Below, in pieces: positions 34,713 to 44,999 of a DNA stretch of 64,000 nucleotides (position 1 is the first letter of the stretch; the number at the start of each line of letters is the position of its first letter). The DNA comes from an uncultured delta proteobacterium (GTDB lineage Bacteria; Myxococcota_A; Polyangia; Polyangiales; Polyangiaceae), in assembly GCA_963806225.1 (NCBI GenBank), contig CAWDXG010000004.1, positions 2,720,001-2,784,000 on the forward strand. Direction: 5' to 3'. The notes below the pieces were generated by a model that was given only the letters and a program-made list of their open reading frames with translations, was not told the origin of the DNA and did not search any database. The position numbers and the translations under genes were made by a program.

Positions 34713-36104
34713 CTACTTGTAGACGAACACACCTTTCAAGTCCTCGGTGGCGGAGATCGGGACGCCCGACTTGATCGAGACCGCACGGAGCTGGTAGAAC
34801 ATGCCGGGCGTCAGAGCGGGACCCGCATAGTCGAGCGTCACGTGCTGGTTTCCCTTGGGCCCGATAATCCCGGTCTGTTCCCAGACCTGGTTCCCCAGCG
34901 CGTCATAGATGTCGGCCGTGTAGCTGTCCTCGCTCGAGTCGTCTTCCCACTCGAAGTGCGGCGTGCCGCTCATGCTCGCGACATCGGGAGAAGGATCGGG
35001 CGGCGCGTAGACGGCCAACGCGCCGGTCACCTTGAAACCTTGCGATATCGCCTGGTTCGAACCGGAAACCGTGATGTGCACGATCTGCGTGCCGCCGATG
35101 CTGGTATCCGGGTCGCGCACCAGACCGTCGTTCTCGAACGCTGCGAGGACTACGTACTTCCCGTCGGGTACGTTGGGGATCGACCAGGCACCGCTCACGT
35201 TCTCGGCCTTCAGGCCGGGCGGCGCCTCGCCGCGAGCGACGTTCGGAACGAAGGTGTCCTCGACGACCAGGATCACCGAGGTCGTCGCGCCGCCGGGTGC
35301 GTTGACGATCTGCACCGTGCCGCTGACCGTGGCGGTCGCCTTGCCGAGCACGTCGAAATCGACGTTCTCCGTCGTGGCGCCCGCCTTCACGTCGGCCGTC
35401 GCCGGCTTCAGGTTCACGCCCGCTGCGTAGCCCTTCACGTCGACGGCGCCGGGGTTCACGTTGAAGACGGTGTACGCGCCGTCCTTGTCCGCAACGCCCG
35501 TGGAGCCCCCGGCCACGACCAGTGTGCCGCCGGGGCTGTCGCTCTTGACGTGGCCGGACACCACGCCCAGGCCCGCCGCATTCGCGAGCGGGATGAGGCC
35601 GATGTCGGTGGCCGTCGTCTTGACGACGGGCGGGTCACCCGTCGCCGCCGACATGTCCACTGGCAAGGCGGTGCGCGGCGCCTTGGGGAACGTGACGTAT
35701 CCCGCCGCATCAGCGCGCAGCGTGTACTTGGTGTTGGGCGAGAGCTTCCCGGTCTTGTCCGTGCGCTGGACGGGAACCGTGAGCGAGTAGTTGCCGTCCT
35801 TGTCCGTCACCGCCACCCCCGAGACGGCTGCGCCGTTCACGTCGCGCGCCACGACGTCGGCGCCATCGATGCCCTTGGTCGTGGTGGTGTCGAACACCAT
35901 GCCCTTCACGGTCACCGGCTGGAAGCAGCCCGGGTCCCCGCCGACAACCTGCTCGCAGACCTGGCCGGTCTTGCATCCTGTCTGATCCATGACCGAGCAG
36001 GGCTTTGCGTTGCTGCTGGACGGCGGTGGTTTGCTGCTCCCGCAGCCGCCGAGGAGCGCAAGCGAAAGAGCGAGCGAAAGAGCCTGTCGTGCGAACGATC
36101 CCAT
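34713..36104 (-). CDS. Lipoprotein with carboxypeptidase-regulatory-like (Ig/beta-sandwich) repeats
   Basis: LLGG-C lipobox; VKGMVFD...AVTDKDGNYSL; ADKDGAYTVFNV. Confidence 0.75.
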   Translation of the reverse strand: MGSFARQALSLALSLALLGGCGSSKPPPSSSNAKPCSVMDQTGCKTGQVCEQVVGGDPGCFQPVTVKGMVFDTTTTKGIDGADVVARDVNGAAVSGVAVTDKDGNYSLTVPVQRTDKTGKLSPNTKYTLRADAAGYVTFPKAPRTALPVDMSAATGDPPVVKTTATDIGLIPLANAAGLGVVSGHVKSDSPGGTLVVAGGSTGVADKDGAYTVFNVNPGAVDVKGYAAGVNLKPATADVKAGATTENVDFDVLGKATATVSGTVQIVNAPGGATTSVILVVEDTFVPNVARGEAPPGLKAENVSGAWSIPNVPDGKYVVLAAFENDGLVRDPDTSIGGTQIVHITVSGSNQAISQGFKVTGALAVYAPPDPSPDVASMSGTPHFEWEDDSSEDSYTADIYDALGNQVWEQTGIIGPKGNQHVTLDYAGPALTPGMFYQLRAVSIKSGVPISATEDLKGVFVYK

Positions 36105-36124
36105 GCTGGACCTCCGTTGTCTGT

Positions 36125-37069
36125 TCAAGCGGGTATCGGCTTGCAGCAGCCGGTGATGCAGTAGTAGTTGGCAGGGCACGCTGCCTCGCCCGGTTGACCG
36201 CAACTCTGGTCGCCCGGAGCGCACTGATGAGCAGTACCGCTGTCCGGCGTGCAGCCAGCCGGAACCTTCGACCTGCCGATGCACACCTCGCACGGACCGC
36301 AGTCGTTGAAGCAGGACTTCACGGGCGTGCACGGGTGGCACTTCGTCGCGTCGCCGACGTTGGCCGCGTCACAGCTGCCGACGCCGTTGTCGGTGGAACC
36401 GAGCCAGACGAACTTGCCGCTCCCGGCGGGCAGCTCGCAACAGCCGAAACAGTCACACCCGTTCGGCGTCAACGGCCCGCAGTAGCCGGAGCAGGTGGGT
36501 GACTGCGTCTGCATGAGAGCCGAGCAGCTCTGCGACGTGCCCGGTATCGTCGCGTTCGCGTTGTAGGAGCACTTGTTGTCACCACTCGGCGGATAGTCGG
36601 GCGGCTTGGAGAGCGGATCGCAGCTCTGGCTCCAGAAGCAGTCGTCGTTGCCGGGTCCTGTGTCCTGGTCGAAGTAGCAGTCCTGACGGCAAGGCGCGTT
36701 GTTCTGCCCGGGGATCCCGCCGTAGTAGGAGTCCTCGGTGTTGTCGCACGGGCCCAGGCAGTCCGGATCCTGCGCGTCGGTCAGTCCGTCGTTGTCGTTG
36801 TCGAGGCCATCGCCGCACTGGTAGATGTGGCCCAGGCACGAGGTGACACTAGTCGGTGGCACGCCGGCCGTTCCGCCGCTTTTTGTTCCGGAAGCTCCGC
36901 CGGTGCCGACCGTCCCGGACGTTCCGCCGGATACGGCGCTAGCGTGGTCGGCGCCGACCTGCACGTTGTCCCCGCAAGCGGTGAAGGCCAGCCCACACGC
37001 CGCGAGCAGCCCACCGACCAGCAATACCCCGCGTGCCAGTGATGGCGGTCGGATAGATCGAAGACGCAT
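36125..37069 (-). CDS. Lipoprotein made of a short linker plus the same ~230-aa Cys-rich domain that ends 31992-34658
   Basis: FTA-C lipobox; shared DCYFDQDTG.GNDDC.WS..CDP, YCGPL.PNGCDCFGCC, YYC.TGCC. Confidence 0.85.
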   Translation of the reverse strand: MRLRSIRPPSLARGVLLVGGLLAACGLAFTACGDNVQVGADHASAVSGGTSGTVGTGGASGTKSGGTAGVPPTSVTSCLGHIYQCGDGLDNDNDGLTDAQDPDCLGPCDNTEDSYYGGIPGQNNAPCRQDCYFDQDTGPGNDDCFWSQSCDPLSKPPDYPPSGDNKCSYNANATIPGTSQSCSALMQTQSPTCSGYCGPLTPNGCDCFGCCELPAGSGKFVWLGSTDNGVGSCDAANVGDATKCHPCTPVKSCFNDCGPCEVCIGRSKVPAGCTPDSGTAHQCAPGDQSCGQPGEAACPANYYCITGCCKPIPA

Positions 37070-37098
37070 GGATCCCGTGAAAAGCCAGCCGCACGCCC

Positions 37099-37130
37099 GT
37101 CAGTGGCATGGACCGGAGAAGTTTATCACC
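37099..37130 (-). promoter_or_regulatory. Candidate ECF-sigma promoter, copy upstream of the target lipoprotein operon
   Basis: GGTGATAAacttctCCGGtccatgCCACTGAC; same spacing as 38498-38529. Confidence 0.55.
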
Positions 37131-37159
37131 GGCTCCCTGACCCACCCCGCCGCGTCGCG

Positions 37160-37924
37160 TCAATCGCCTTCGACGGTGGCGCCAACCTTGCTTTCGTGGG
37201 CGGAATCCGGATACCGCTGCTTGAAGTCGTTGGCCTTCTTGCGGGCCTCGCTGGTCCGCCCGAGCCGGGTCAGAGCCTCGATCGCGATCACCTCGCGCTC
37301 CTGGGACAACGCCCCATGCGGATACAGGCGGCGGTGCTCCTCCACCAGCGCGAGGGCCCGATGCGGATCCGTCTTCAGCGCCGACTGGGCCGCCTGTAGT
37401 AGCGAGGCTTCCGGAGGCGCGGCCTTCTTCGCGGAATCACCAGCCGTCGCGGGCTCGGCGGGCTGCGCCTGCTTTGGCGACTGCGGTGCGGGCTCGGCGG
37501 GCTGCTCTGTAGCGGCGCTGGCTGCGGGCGGCAGGAGCGGTTGACGGGCGGCCGGTGGCGTTGCGGGAGCCGGCGCGGCTAGCGGCGCCGACGGCTGCCG
37601 GACCGGAGCGGGTGGCGGCGCGTTGCCGCGCGTCGCGAACCAGATCGCACTGCCGCCAACAAGGCCCGCCGCGACCAGCGCGGCGCCCACCTTGACGCCC
37701 AGTGCCACGCCTCCGGTCGCGCCGGCCGTCGCTCCCGAAGTCGACGCAGCACCCGCCCCCGCAGCGGTCCCGATAGCTGCCCCCCCGAGCAGCGGACCGA
37801 GCCGAGTCGCCACGCGCTTGAGCTGCGACTCGCTCGGAACATCCTCGCGGGCTGCCGACAGCAGGTTCCGGAGCTCTTCCGGCGCTTCGGAGCCATCTGT
37901 CAGGCGCGTCGGATCGCCGCTCAT
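37160..37924 (-). CDS. Putative anti-sigma factor: N-terminal cytoplasmic part, one TM, Pro/Ala linker, C-terminal TPR-like helices
   Basis: ATGA-coupled to the ECF sigma gene; EASLLQAAQSAL...HRRLYPHGALSQEREVIAIEAL...F..RYPDS. Confidence 0.7.
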   Translation of the reverse strand: MSGDPTRLTDGSEAPEELRNLLSAAREDVPSESQLKRVATRLGPLLGGAAIGTAAGAGAASTSGATAGATGGVALGVKVGAALVAAGLVGGSAIWFATRGNAPPPAPVRQPSAPLAAPAPATPPAARQPLLPPAASAATEQPAEPAPQSPKQAQPAEPATAGDSAKKAAPPEASLLQAAQSALKTDPHRALALVEEHRRLYPHGALSQEREVIAIEALTRLGRTSEARKKANDFKQRYPDSAHESKVGATVEGD

Positions 37925-38445
37925 GACCCCTTCTCCTGGCCATAGACGCGCTGGGCGGCCGCCAGTACCAACTTGCGTGCGGCGTGCAGCCGGGAATACG
38001 CGGTCTGCAGCGGGCACCCCACAGCTTTGGCGATCTCCTTCATCGGGAGCCCCTCGATCTCGTAGAGGACGAAGACGGCGCGCTTGTCTTCGTCCAGCTG
38101 ATCGAGCAGCGCGGAGAGCAGCGCCCGCGCCCGGCCGCGCTCGTAGTCGTCGACCTGCGTGGGCTCGACGGCGCGGGACGGCAGGTCCGCCACGGGAAGC
38201 TCGCGGCGTACGTGGGCCCGCCGGCGCCGATCCGATGCGACGCGCAGGCAGATTCCGTAGATCCACGTCTTGAGCGACGAGCGCCCCTCGAAGCCATCCA
38301 GCTTGCGGTGGATGGCCACGAAGACATCCTGGCACGAGTCCTCGATGTCCGATTCCGGGACACCGAGATGGCGCAGGGTACGCCATACAAATGCTGCATG
38401 CTCATCGAAGACCTGACGGAGCGTGGGGCGGGAGGCGGCCATCAT
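37921..38445 (-). CDS. ECF RNA polymerase sigma factor
   Basis: EDSCQDVF, FEGRSSLKTWIYGI (region 2); RAVFVLYEIEGLPMKEIA...TAYSRLHAAR (region 4); GGAG RBS before ATG 38445. Confidence 0.92.
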   Translation of the reverse strand: MMAASRPTLRQVFDEHAAFVWRTLRHLGVPESDIEDSCQDVFVAIHRKLDGFEGRSSLKTWIYGICLRVASDRRRRAHVRRELPVADLPSRAVEPTQVDDYERGRARALLSALLDQLDEDKRAVFVLYEIEGLPMKEIAKAVGCPLQTAYSRLHAARKLVLAAAQRVYGQEKGS

Positions 38446-38497
38446 CGAGTGCGCTCCACTCTCCGGCTCGCCCACCGAAGTGCGTGGGTGTTCATCT

Positions 38498-38529
38498 GTG
38501 AGTGGGGCCTGCCGGGTCACGTTATTACC
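38498..38529 (-). promoter_or_regulatory. Candidate ECF-sigma promoter, autoregulatory copy upstream of the sigma gene
   Basis: GGTAATAAcgtgacCCGGcaggccCCACTCAC; 19/32 identical to 37099-37130 without gaps. Confidence 0.55.
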
Positions 38530-39544
38530 GCCTGCCCCAGCCTACGCCGACGAGCACCTCTGCGGTACCGACCACCGGCGCCATCCGGTAGAGCTCTTCC
38601 GTGCGGCCGTTGGCCCGGGTCGCCACGAAATGATCGCGGGATAGGGGCGCTTCCAGCCCCACCCCCGCACCGAGCAGGAGCGGTCCGACCAGCCGGGCCG
38701 TCAGCCGCGCCTTCATTCCCGGATTGTAGACGACGCGCGGCTCTCGGTGGTCCTCGTCGAAGCCAAAGCCCTCCGCGACCAGGCGCCCGACCCGCTGTCC
38801 CACGCAGCCCCGGAAGCGGACGCGCGCGGAACCCAGCTGCAGCGGACACAGGTACAGGCCCACGCTGGCGAGCGAGAACCGGCTGCCCGAGCCGCCACTC
38901 GAGGAGTCGGCGCGGCGGGTCATCCACAGCTCGCCATCGAGCTCGGTAAACCAGAACCCGGGCGGCTGCACTCCGACGCCGACGCCCAATCCAAGGGCCG
39001 CACCGGGCATCAGCCCGAGAGCGGCGACGCCCCGCGCATCCGCCTCGAAACCCCACGGACTTCGTGGGGCCGGAGTCCCGCGCGGCAGTTGGATGGGCGT
39101 GGTGCGGGGCGCGGCCGTTGGTGGAGCGCTCTTCGCCGGAGGCGCAGGCAGTTCCTCGCGCGGGATGTCGATCATCAGGGCCACGATCAGGGCGAGCGAT
39201 GCGTCGAGCGCCGAGCAGTCCTCGGCGCGCGTGGACAGCGTGCGCTTGCCCATCGGTTGACCCGCGGCACTCTCGAGAGCGAGGTCGGCGGTCCAGCCCT
39301 CACCCCCGGCTGCGGGTTCGAGCTGGGCGTGGACCACGACATCCGCCTGCTTCGTGGGCACGAACACGCGACGGCCCAGACGCGATTCCACAGCCTTGGT
39401 GAGCGCGGCCGGGGCCACGCAGTGCTCGGCACCGGGCCCACGCCGCCAGTCGAGAGCCGCCCGGACGGGCGGCGCTGGCTCGGCCTTTGCCACGGCACCC
39501 GCGAGCAACACCAGAGCCGCGGAGAGCGTGGCCAGGACCCGCAT
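38525..39544 (-). CDS. Secreted/outer-membrane protein (N-terminal C...C domain, Pro linker, beta-strand-rich C-terminus) preceding the ECF sigma gene
   Basis: Signal peptide AVAKA; WRRGPGAEHC...DCSALDASLALIVALMID; alternating hydrophobic strands. Confidence 0.65.
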   Translation of the reverse strand: MRVLATLSAALVLLAGAVAKAEPAPPVRAALDWRRGPGAEHCVAPAALTKAVESRLGRRVFVPTKQADVVVHAQLEPAAGGEGWTADLALESAAGQPMGKRTLSTRAEDCSALDASLALIVALMIDIPREELPAPPAKSAPPTAAPRTTPIQLPRGTPAPRSPWGFEADARGVAALGLMPGAALGLGVGVGVQPPGFWFTELDGELWMTRRADSSSGGSGSRFSLASVGLYLCPLQLGSARVRFRGCVGQRVGRLVAEGFGFDEDHREPRVVYNPGMKARLTARLVGPLLLGAGVGLEAPLSRDHFVATRANGRTEELYRMAPVVGTAEVLVGVGWGRR

Positions 39545-39703
39545 GAGCACGACTCTCCCCCGCCTGCCCGGCGCAAACAAGGGCCTGACCGCCCGCTGCG
39601 ACAGGGACGCCTCGCCAAAAGCTCTTTGCCAGCCGCCGTCTTCCTGGCCACTCTCCGGAGCGGCAGCGACGCATCCCGGGATGCGACGGAGAAAGGAACG
39701 CCG

Positions 39704-40543
39704 ATGGGACTCCTCGAAGGCAAGACCGCAGTGGTCACGGGCGCGGGCAATGGCATCGGGCGTGCGACGGCGCTGCTGTTCGCCCGCGAGAGCGCGAACG
39801 TCGTGGTCAACGACGTCGGCGGCGCGCGCGACGGCAGCGGCAACGACTCGGCGGCCGCCGACCAGGTGGTCGACGCCATCCAGAAGGCGGGCGGCAGCGC
39901 CGCCCCGAACTACGACAGCGTGGCGACGGAAGACGGCGCGGAAGCCGTCATCCAGACTGCGCTCGATCGCTTCGGACAGCTCGACATCCTGATCAACAAC
40001 GCCGGCATCCTGCGCGACAAGACGCTCCTGAAGATGGATCTCGACATGTGGAACGCCGTCCTCCGCGTGCACCTCGACGGCACCTTCCTGTGCATACGCG
40101 CGGCGGCGCGTCACATGAAGAGCACGGGCGGACGCATCGTGAACACGACGAGCGTGTCGGGCATGTTGGGGAATTTCGGACAGACCAACTACTCGGCCGC
40201 CAAGGCTGGCATCTACGGTCTGACACGCACCGCGTCGATCGAGCTGCAGCGCTACGGAGTCACGGTCAACGCCGTTGCGCCGGTGGCGAAGACACGCATG
40301 ACCGAGGATCTGCCGATGTTCGAGAAGCTCGATACCCTGACGCCCGAGCACGTGGCGCCCGCCCATTTATTCCTGGCCAGCGACCTGTGCGGCGACCGCA
40401 CCGGGGCCGTGCTGGCCGTCGCAGGCGGAAAGATGAGCATCTACAAGGTCGTGGAGAGCCCGGGGAAGTTCAAGGAGGCCGACGCCGGCGTGTGGTCCGC
40501 GCACGAGATCGCCGAGCACTGGGACGCGATCAGCAAGCTGTAG
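39704..40543 (+). CDS. Short-chain dehydrogenase/reductase (3-hydroxyacyl-CoA dehydrogenase-like)
   Basis: TGAGNGIG, VVVND, NNAGILRD, NYSAAK. Confidence 0.9.
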   Translation: MGLLEGKTAVVTGAGNGIGRATALLFARESANVVVNDVGGARDGSGNDSAAADQVVDAIQKAGGSAAPNYDSVATEDGAEAVIQTALDRFGQLDILINNAGILRDKTLLKMDLDMWNAVLRVHLDGTFLCIRAAARHMKSTGGRIVNTTSVSGMLGNFGQTNYSAAKAGIYGLTRTASIELQRYGVTVNAVAPVAKTRMTEDLPMFEKLDTLTPEHVAPAHLFLASDLCGDRTGAVLAVAGGKMSIYKVVESPGKFKEADAGVWSAHEIAEHWDAISKL

Positions 40544-40690
40544 CGCGCCGGGAGCCGATTCTCCCGGGATTCCAGTGCAACTCGCAATCGAACAACCGGC
40601 CAGCGCGCGTTGCTGGCCCAGAGGGCGGGTGTTAGGTTTTCTGATGCGAGGGGGCGACAGGAATCGTTTCCCGGACCCCACCACCAACTC

Positions 40691-42447
40691 ATGCCGCGCG
40701 ATTCCAACATACCGTTGTTCCTGTGGATCGCGGCGGCAATCGTCGCGCATCTGGTGTGGGGAGGAGGAGCGGACCGCGTCGCGCATGTGCTCGAGGAACA
40801 GCTGGACCTGCACCGCTTCGCTCTCGCGGTGCAGCGCCACGTGCGGATGCAGGATCAGCCGATCCAGGTCGCGCTGCTGGACCAGACCGACAAGCCGAAG
40901 CCCAAACCGCCCGAGGTGGACAAGGAACAGCCGCCGGAGAAGGAGCCCGAAAAGGACCCGGAGAAGGAGCGCGACAAGAAGAAGGTAAAGCACCAGGACA
41001 CGAAGAAGAAAGAGAAGAAGCACGAGAAGAAGGCGAAGCCCATCATCGTGCCGAAGCTGCTACCGGCTAGACCTGCTCCGAAGAAGCACGGAGACAAGAA
41101 GGCGAAGCCGCCCGCGCCGCTGCCGAAAATCAAGCACCACAGTCGCATCGCGGTCCGGCAGCACGTCAAGGACAAGCAGAAGGACAACCCGACGGCGGAA
41201 TTCATCGCCGACCAGGCCAACACCGTCGCCAAACAGACGCAGGCGCGCATCACCTCGACGGATCAGAACGACGCGCACCCGACACCCGGTGGGCACCACT
41301 CGGGTCCGAACAGCCAACCGGGCGACTCCGATCACACGAAGATCGCGCAGTCGGAAGACCGCCCCGGGGCGCCGGATCTCGCTCCCAACGACCCGGGAAA
41401 CGACCAGCCGAAGAAGGTGGCGATGGCCCAGGCCAAGCCACCGCCCGCGGCGCGGCGGCCCGCGCAGGCCGAGCGTCCCGCGCGCGCGCCCGCGAGGAGC
41501 TCGACCCGGCCGGCCCAGAACGGACAGAAGGCGCAGAAGGCCGTGGCCCCGACTCCCGCCTCGCCGGATACGGAGCACGCGCCTGGAGGGAGCTTCAGCG
41601 TTCCCGAAGCCGCGCCTGCGAGGCCGGGGCACAAGGCCCGCAAGGCGCGCAAGAAGCGACTTCCCCCCGCCGGACCCACGATCCGCTCGGATTGCTGGGG
41701 CTGGGTGCACCCGGACGCACCAAGGACGGCGTCCAGCTCAACCTGACGCCCAGGGCGGCGCTGGCGATCATCGGCAGGAAAGAGCTCAGGCGCGAGCGCC
41801 GCCTCGATGCCCAGCGGCGCAAGAGCGCACACCTCGGCTCGTGGAAGTCCATCGGGATCAAGCGCTGGCGCTCCGCGATCGAGAACTACGTGCCCAGCGT
41901 GAAGCCCGGCAACCAGACCGCCCTGAACACCGCGCGCGTTCCGTTCGCAAGCTACATCAACGGGATCCACAACCGCCTGCACCCGATCTTCGCGGACTCG
42001 TTCCTGGCTTCGCTCGACAATCTTCCGAAGAGCAACCCGATGAACAACCCGGACATCAGCACGAACATCGAGATCGTGCTGAGCCAGGACGACGGACACA
42101 TCGTGCGGATGGGTGTCACCAAGACGAGCGGGGTCACCGCATTCGATGTCGCGGCGCTCGAGTCGGTGCAGAGGGCGTCCCCGTTCGGGACGCCGCCGAC
42201 GGCGATCATCTCCCCCGACGGCCGGGTGTATCTGCACTGGGAGTTCTACCGGAACCCCTATTACGCCTGCTCCACGTACTTCGCGCGCCCGTTCATCCTC
42301 AAGGTGACGCCGAAGCCGGCAGCCCCGGACGTGCAGCCGCCACCCACCCACCCCTACGACCCGAAAGAAAAGCCCGGCCACGACCAGCGCCACGGACGCC
42401 GCCTGCCGGTCAAGCCGGAGCTGGAAAAGCACGCGGCGCTGAGGTAG
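40691..42447 (+). CDS. TonB C-terminal-domain protein with Lys/Pro-rich periplasmic linker (apparent frameshift at ~41675)
   Basis: N-terminal TM ending IVAH; KTSGVTAFDVAALESVQRASPFGTPP. Confidence 0.75.
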
Positions 42448-42528
42448 ACCGGCGCGAAGCCGGGATCGCGGCGGAAGTACCCGGCGCCTGATCGATCCCG
42501 GACGGATCGTGCCCCGCAGAGGCCGCGT

Positions 42529-43674
42529 TTGACCAGCTCCCCCGAATCCCGCGAAGCGCCACGACCTGTTTCCGGATCGGAGCAGAGCGGTCACGAACCG
42601 GAGCGCGACAGGCCCACACCCGACGGGGCCGTCGTTTCGAGCGTCGCGGGGCTCGGCGGCGGACTGCTCCGCGCGATTGCCGCGCTCGCGCTCGTGGCCA
42701 CGGTGACCGCGCGCGGGCTGGCTCCCGCGCTGCCTGGCTCCGCCGCGGGCATCGCTGGATGGATCCGCGCGTCGGAGACCACTGCGATGCTGCTGTCGCA
42801 GATCCTGGTCGTGAGCGGCGCGCTGGTGGTGTTCCGGTTGCTCATCCGCACGCTCCGGCAGACCGAGCTCGGCGTCGTCTACCGGCTGCTGGCGGTTCCG
42901 CTGGGGGCCGCGGCACTCACCATCATCATGGCCGCGGCCCAGTCGTCCGAGCGCCCCGGTGTGGCACTCGGGCTGGCCGTGATCACGTCCATCGTGGCCA
43001 TCGCGGCAACGTTTCCCACGCTCGCTGCGCCGCGCACACGGGCGGCGGGCTTCGTACTGGGCGTCGTGGGCACCGCGTCTTTCGTCCACGTTCTGGCACG
43101 CCTGCTGGCGATCCGGGCGAGCGAACAGGCGCTCGCCTCGCTGTTCAGGGTGGCCGAAAGCGTCTCCACGCTGAGCTTCGCGCTCGACGTGGCCAGTATC
43201 GCGCTGGTCGCCGTCTGGCTCGGGGCGCACAGGAGGTCGCGGGCCATCGTGGTCGGCGGCGTCCTGGTCGGTCTGTCCGCCCTCGTCGCCTGGGGCGCGG
43301 TCCGCGGCTCGGGCGAGAGCGCGGCGCTCTGGCAGGTGCTCGCGTCGCGGTCCCTGGCCGGCATGACGCGGCACCCCGCACCGATGGTGCTGGCACCGCT
43401 GCGCTACTCGGTCGAGCTTCTGGCGCTCCTGGTCGCGGCCGTGGCGCTCGTTCTGCCCGGACGCAATGCCCCGGTACAGGCGCTCTTCGCCCTGGCTCTG
43501 CTGGCGCGCACTTCCACGGATATTCCACTCTGCGCGCTATGCCTGCTGATCGCCGCGTTGCTGGGCCCGCTCGCGTCGCTTGCAGAGCGGACCGTCGCCT
43601 CCGCGGAGCCGGCGGAGCGTGGCGCCTATCGAACGGCAAAGGACCCGCCGAACGACGCCAGCGTGGACGACTAG
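42529..43674 (+). CDS. Hypothetical polytopic membrane protein
   Basis: About 10 hydrophobic segments; start uncertain. Confidence 0.65.
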   Translation: MTSSPESREAPRPVSGSEQSGHEPERDRPTPDGAVVSSVAGLGGGLLRAIAALALVATVTARGLAPALPGSAAGIAGWIRASETTAMLLSQILVVSGALVVFRLLIRTLRQTELGVVYRLLAVPLGAAALTIIMAAAQSSERPGVALGLAVITSIVAIAATFPTLAAPRTRAAGFVLGVVGTASFVHVLARLLAIRASEQALASLFRVAESVSTLSFALDVASIALVAVWLGAHRRSRAIVVGGVLVGLSALVAWGAVRGSGESAALWQVLASRSLAGMTRHPAPMVLAPLRYSVELLALLVAAVALVLPGRNAPVQALFALALLARTSTDIPLCALCLLIAALLGPLASLAERTVASAEPAERGAYRTAKDPPNDASVDD

Positions 43675-43788
43675 CTAGCGCCTACACAAGAAGCCGAGCG
43701 CGGGGATCGCCAGGCACACGCCGGCGAACAGCAGCCACGCCCACCAACGCATCACGAGCTGGCGCGGAGCCATCGGACGCGGGGCGGC

Positions 43789-44682
43789 TCACAGAGCGCT
43801 GACGACCAGCGCTCCGAACACCAGCACCAGGTACGGCAACGAGGCGAAGAACAGCGAACGCGCCCAGCGCGGTCCCGCTTCCGCCCTCAGGCCGTAGATG
43901 CCCCAGCCCATGAACGCGCCGGCCAGTGCTCCAATCGCTACCAGATACACCGGGCCGGCCATGCCGATGAACGCGGGCAGCAGGCTGGCCGCGAGCAGAA
44001 GCAACGAATAAAGGACGATGGCCCGCTTCGCGAACGGAAGGCCGCGTGCAGCGGGCATCACGCGAAGACCCGCGCGCTCGTATTCGCGCTGCCGGAAGAT
44101 GGCGATCGCGAGGAAATGGGGCAGCTGCCAGAAGAACAGGATCGCGAACAGCGCCAGCGCCCGCGGATCGAGCGCACCGGTCACCGCAGCCCAGCCGATG
44201 AGCGGTGGGATAGCCCCCGGGACGGCGCCGACATGGAGCGCGTACGGCGTGACCCGCTTGAGCGGCGTGTAGACGAGCACGTAGCTTACGAGCGCAACCG
44301 CGGCGAGGAGCCCGCTCAGCGGATTGACCGCGAAGGTGAGCAGCGGCAGCCCCACCAGCGCCAGCGCGACCCCGAACCACAATGCGACCTCCGGCGCCAG
44401 GCGCCCGGACGGCAGCGGCCGCGTACGGGTCCGCTCCATGGCACGGTCCGAATCACGCTCCAGATACATGTTGAGCGTGTTCGCCGCCGCCACCACGAGC
44501 ACTGTCCCGACCAGCGCCAGGAGAAGCCGGAGCGTCGCGATGTGCCCCGGAGCGACGAGCGCTCCGCAGAAGGTCGTCACGATCACGAGACGCGTGACAC
44601 CCGGCTTGGTGAGCTGGACGAGAGACTGGATGACGCCAAGCGCGTCACGTGATGTCGTCGCCGTTCCGGCGCTACTGCTCAT
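43789..44682 (-). CDS. cyoE: Protoheme IX farnesyltransferase (heme O synthase)
   Basis: LTKPG, NMYLERDSDRAMERTRTRPLPSG, YTPLKR, WQLPHF. Confidence 0.93.
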   Translation of the reverse strand: MSSSAGTATTSRDALGVIQSLVQLTKPGVTRLVIVTTFCGALVAPGHIATLRLLLALVGTVLVVAAANTLNMYLERDSDRAMERTRTRPLPSGRLAPEVALWFGVALALVGLPLLTFAVNPLSGLLAAVALVSYVLVYTPLKRVTPYALHVGAVPGAIPPLIGWAAVTGALDPRALALFAILFFWQLPHFLAIAIFRQREYERAGLRVMPAARGLPFAKRAIVLYSLLLLAASLLPAFIGMAGPVYLVAIGALAGAFMGWGIYGLRAEAGPRWARSLFFASLPYLVLVFGALVVSAL

Positions 44683-44999
44683 ACCGATTGTTCAGCGCTG
44701 GGGGAGACGGGGAAGTGCACGCGCCAGCCGAGAGCGCCCGCCCCAAGCGGCGGGATGGGGGTTCGTGGGGGTCCCTGACCTGCGTCGGGCCCCGCAGGGC
44801 CGCGCATGAGAGACGCCGACGACGGCGGATATAGTTCATGGCGCGCGAGACTGCCAGCCGCGAATCCCCGGCCGGCGCATCCGCCCGGATTTGTCGCGGT
44901 TCCCGCCGCCTGAACAGGCGCTCATGCCCAGGTCCCGCCCCGGAATTGTCCCCCGGCCCGCCAAGCTGTGGCAGATCACCCCACGAGTTGGAGAGCAGC

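Noticed and set aside
38446..38520. ORF-track N-terminal extension of the ECF sigma from GTG 38520
   Set aside because: It overlaps the candidate promoter; ATG 38445 has a GGAG RBS and gives a typical ECF length.
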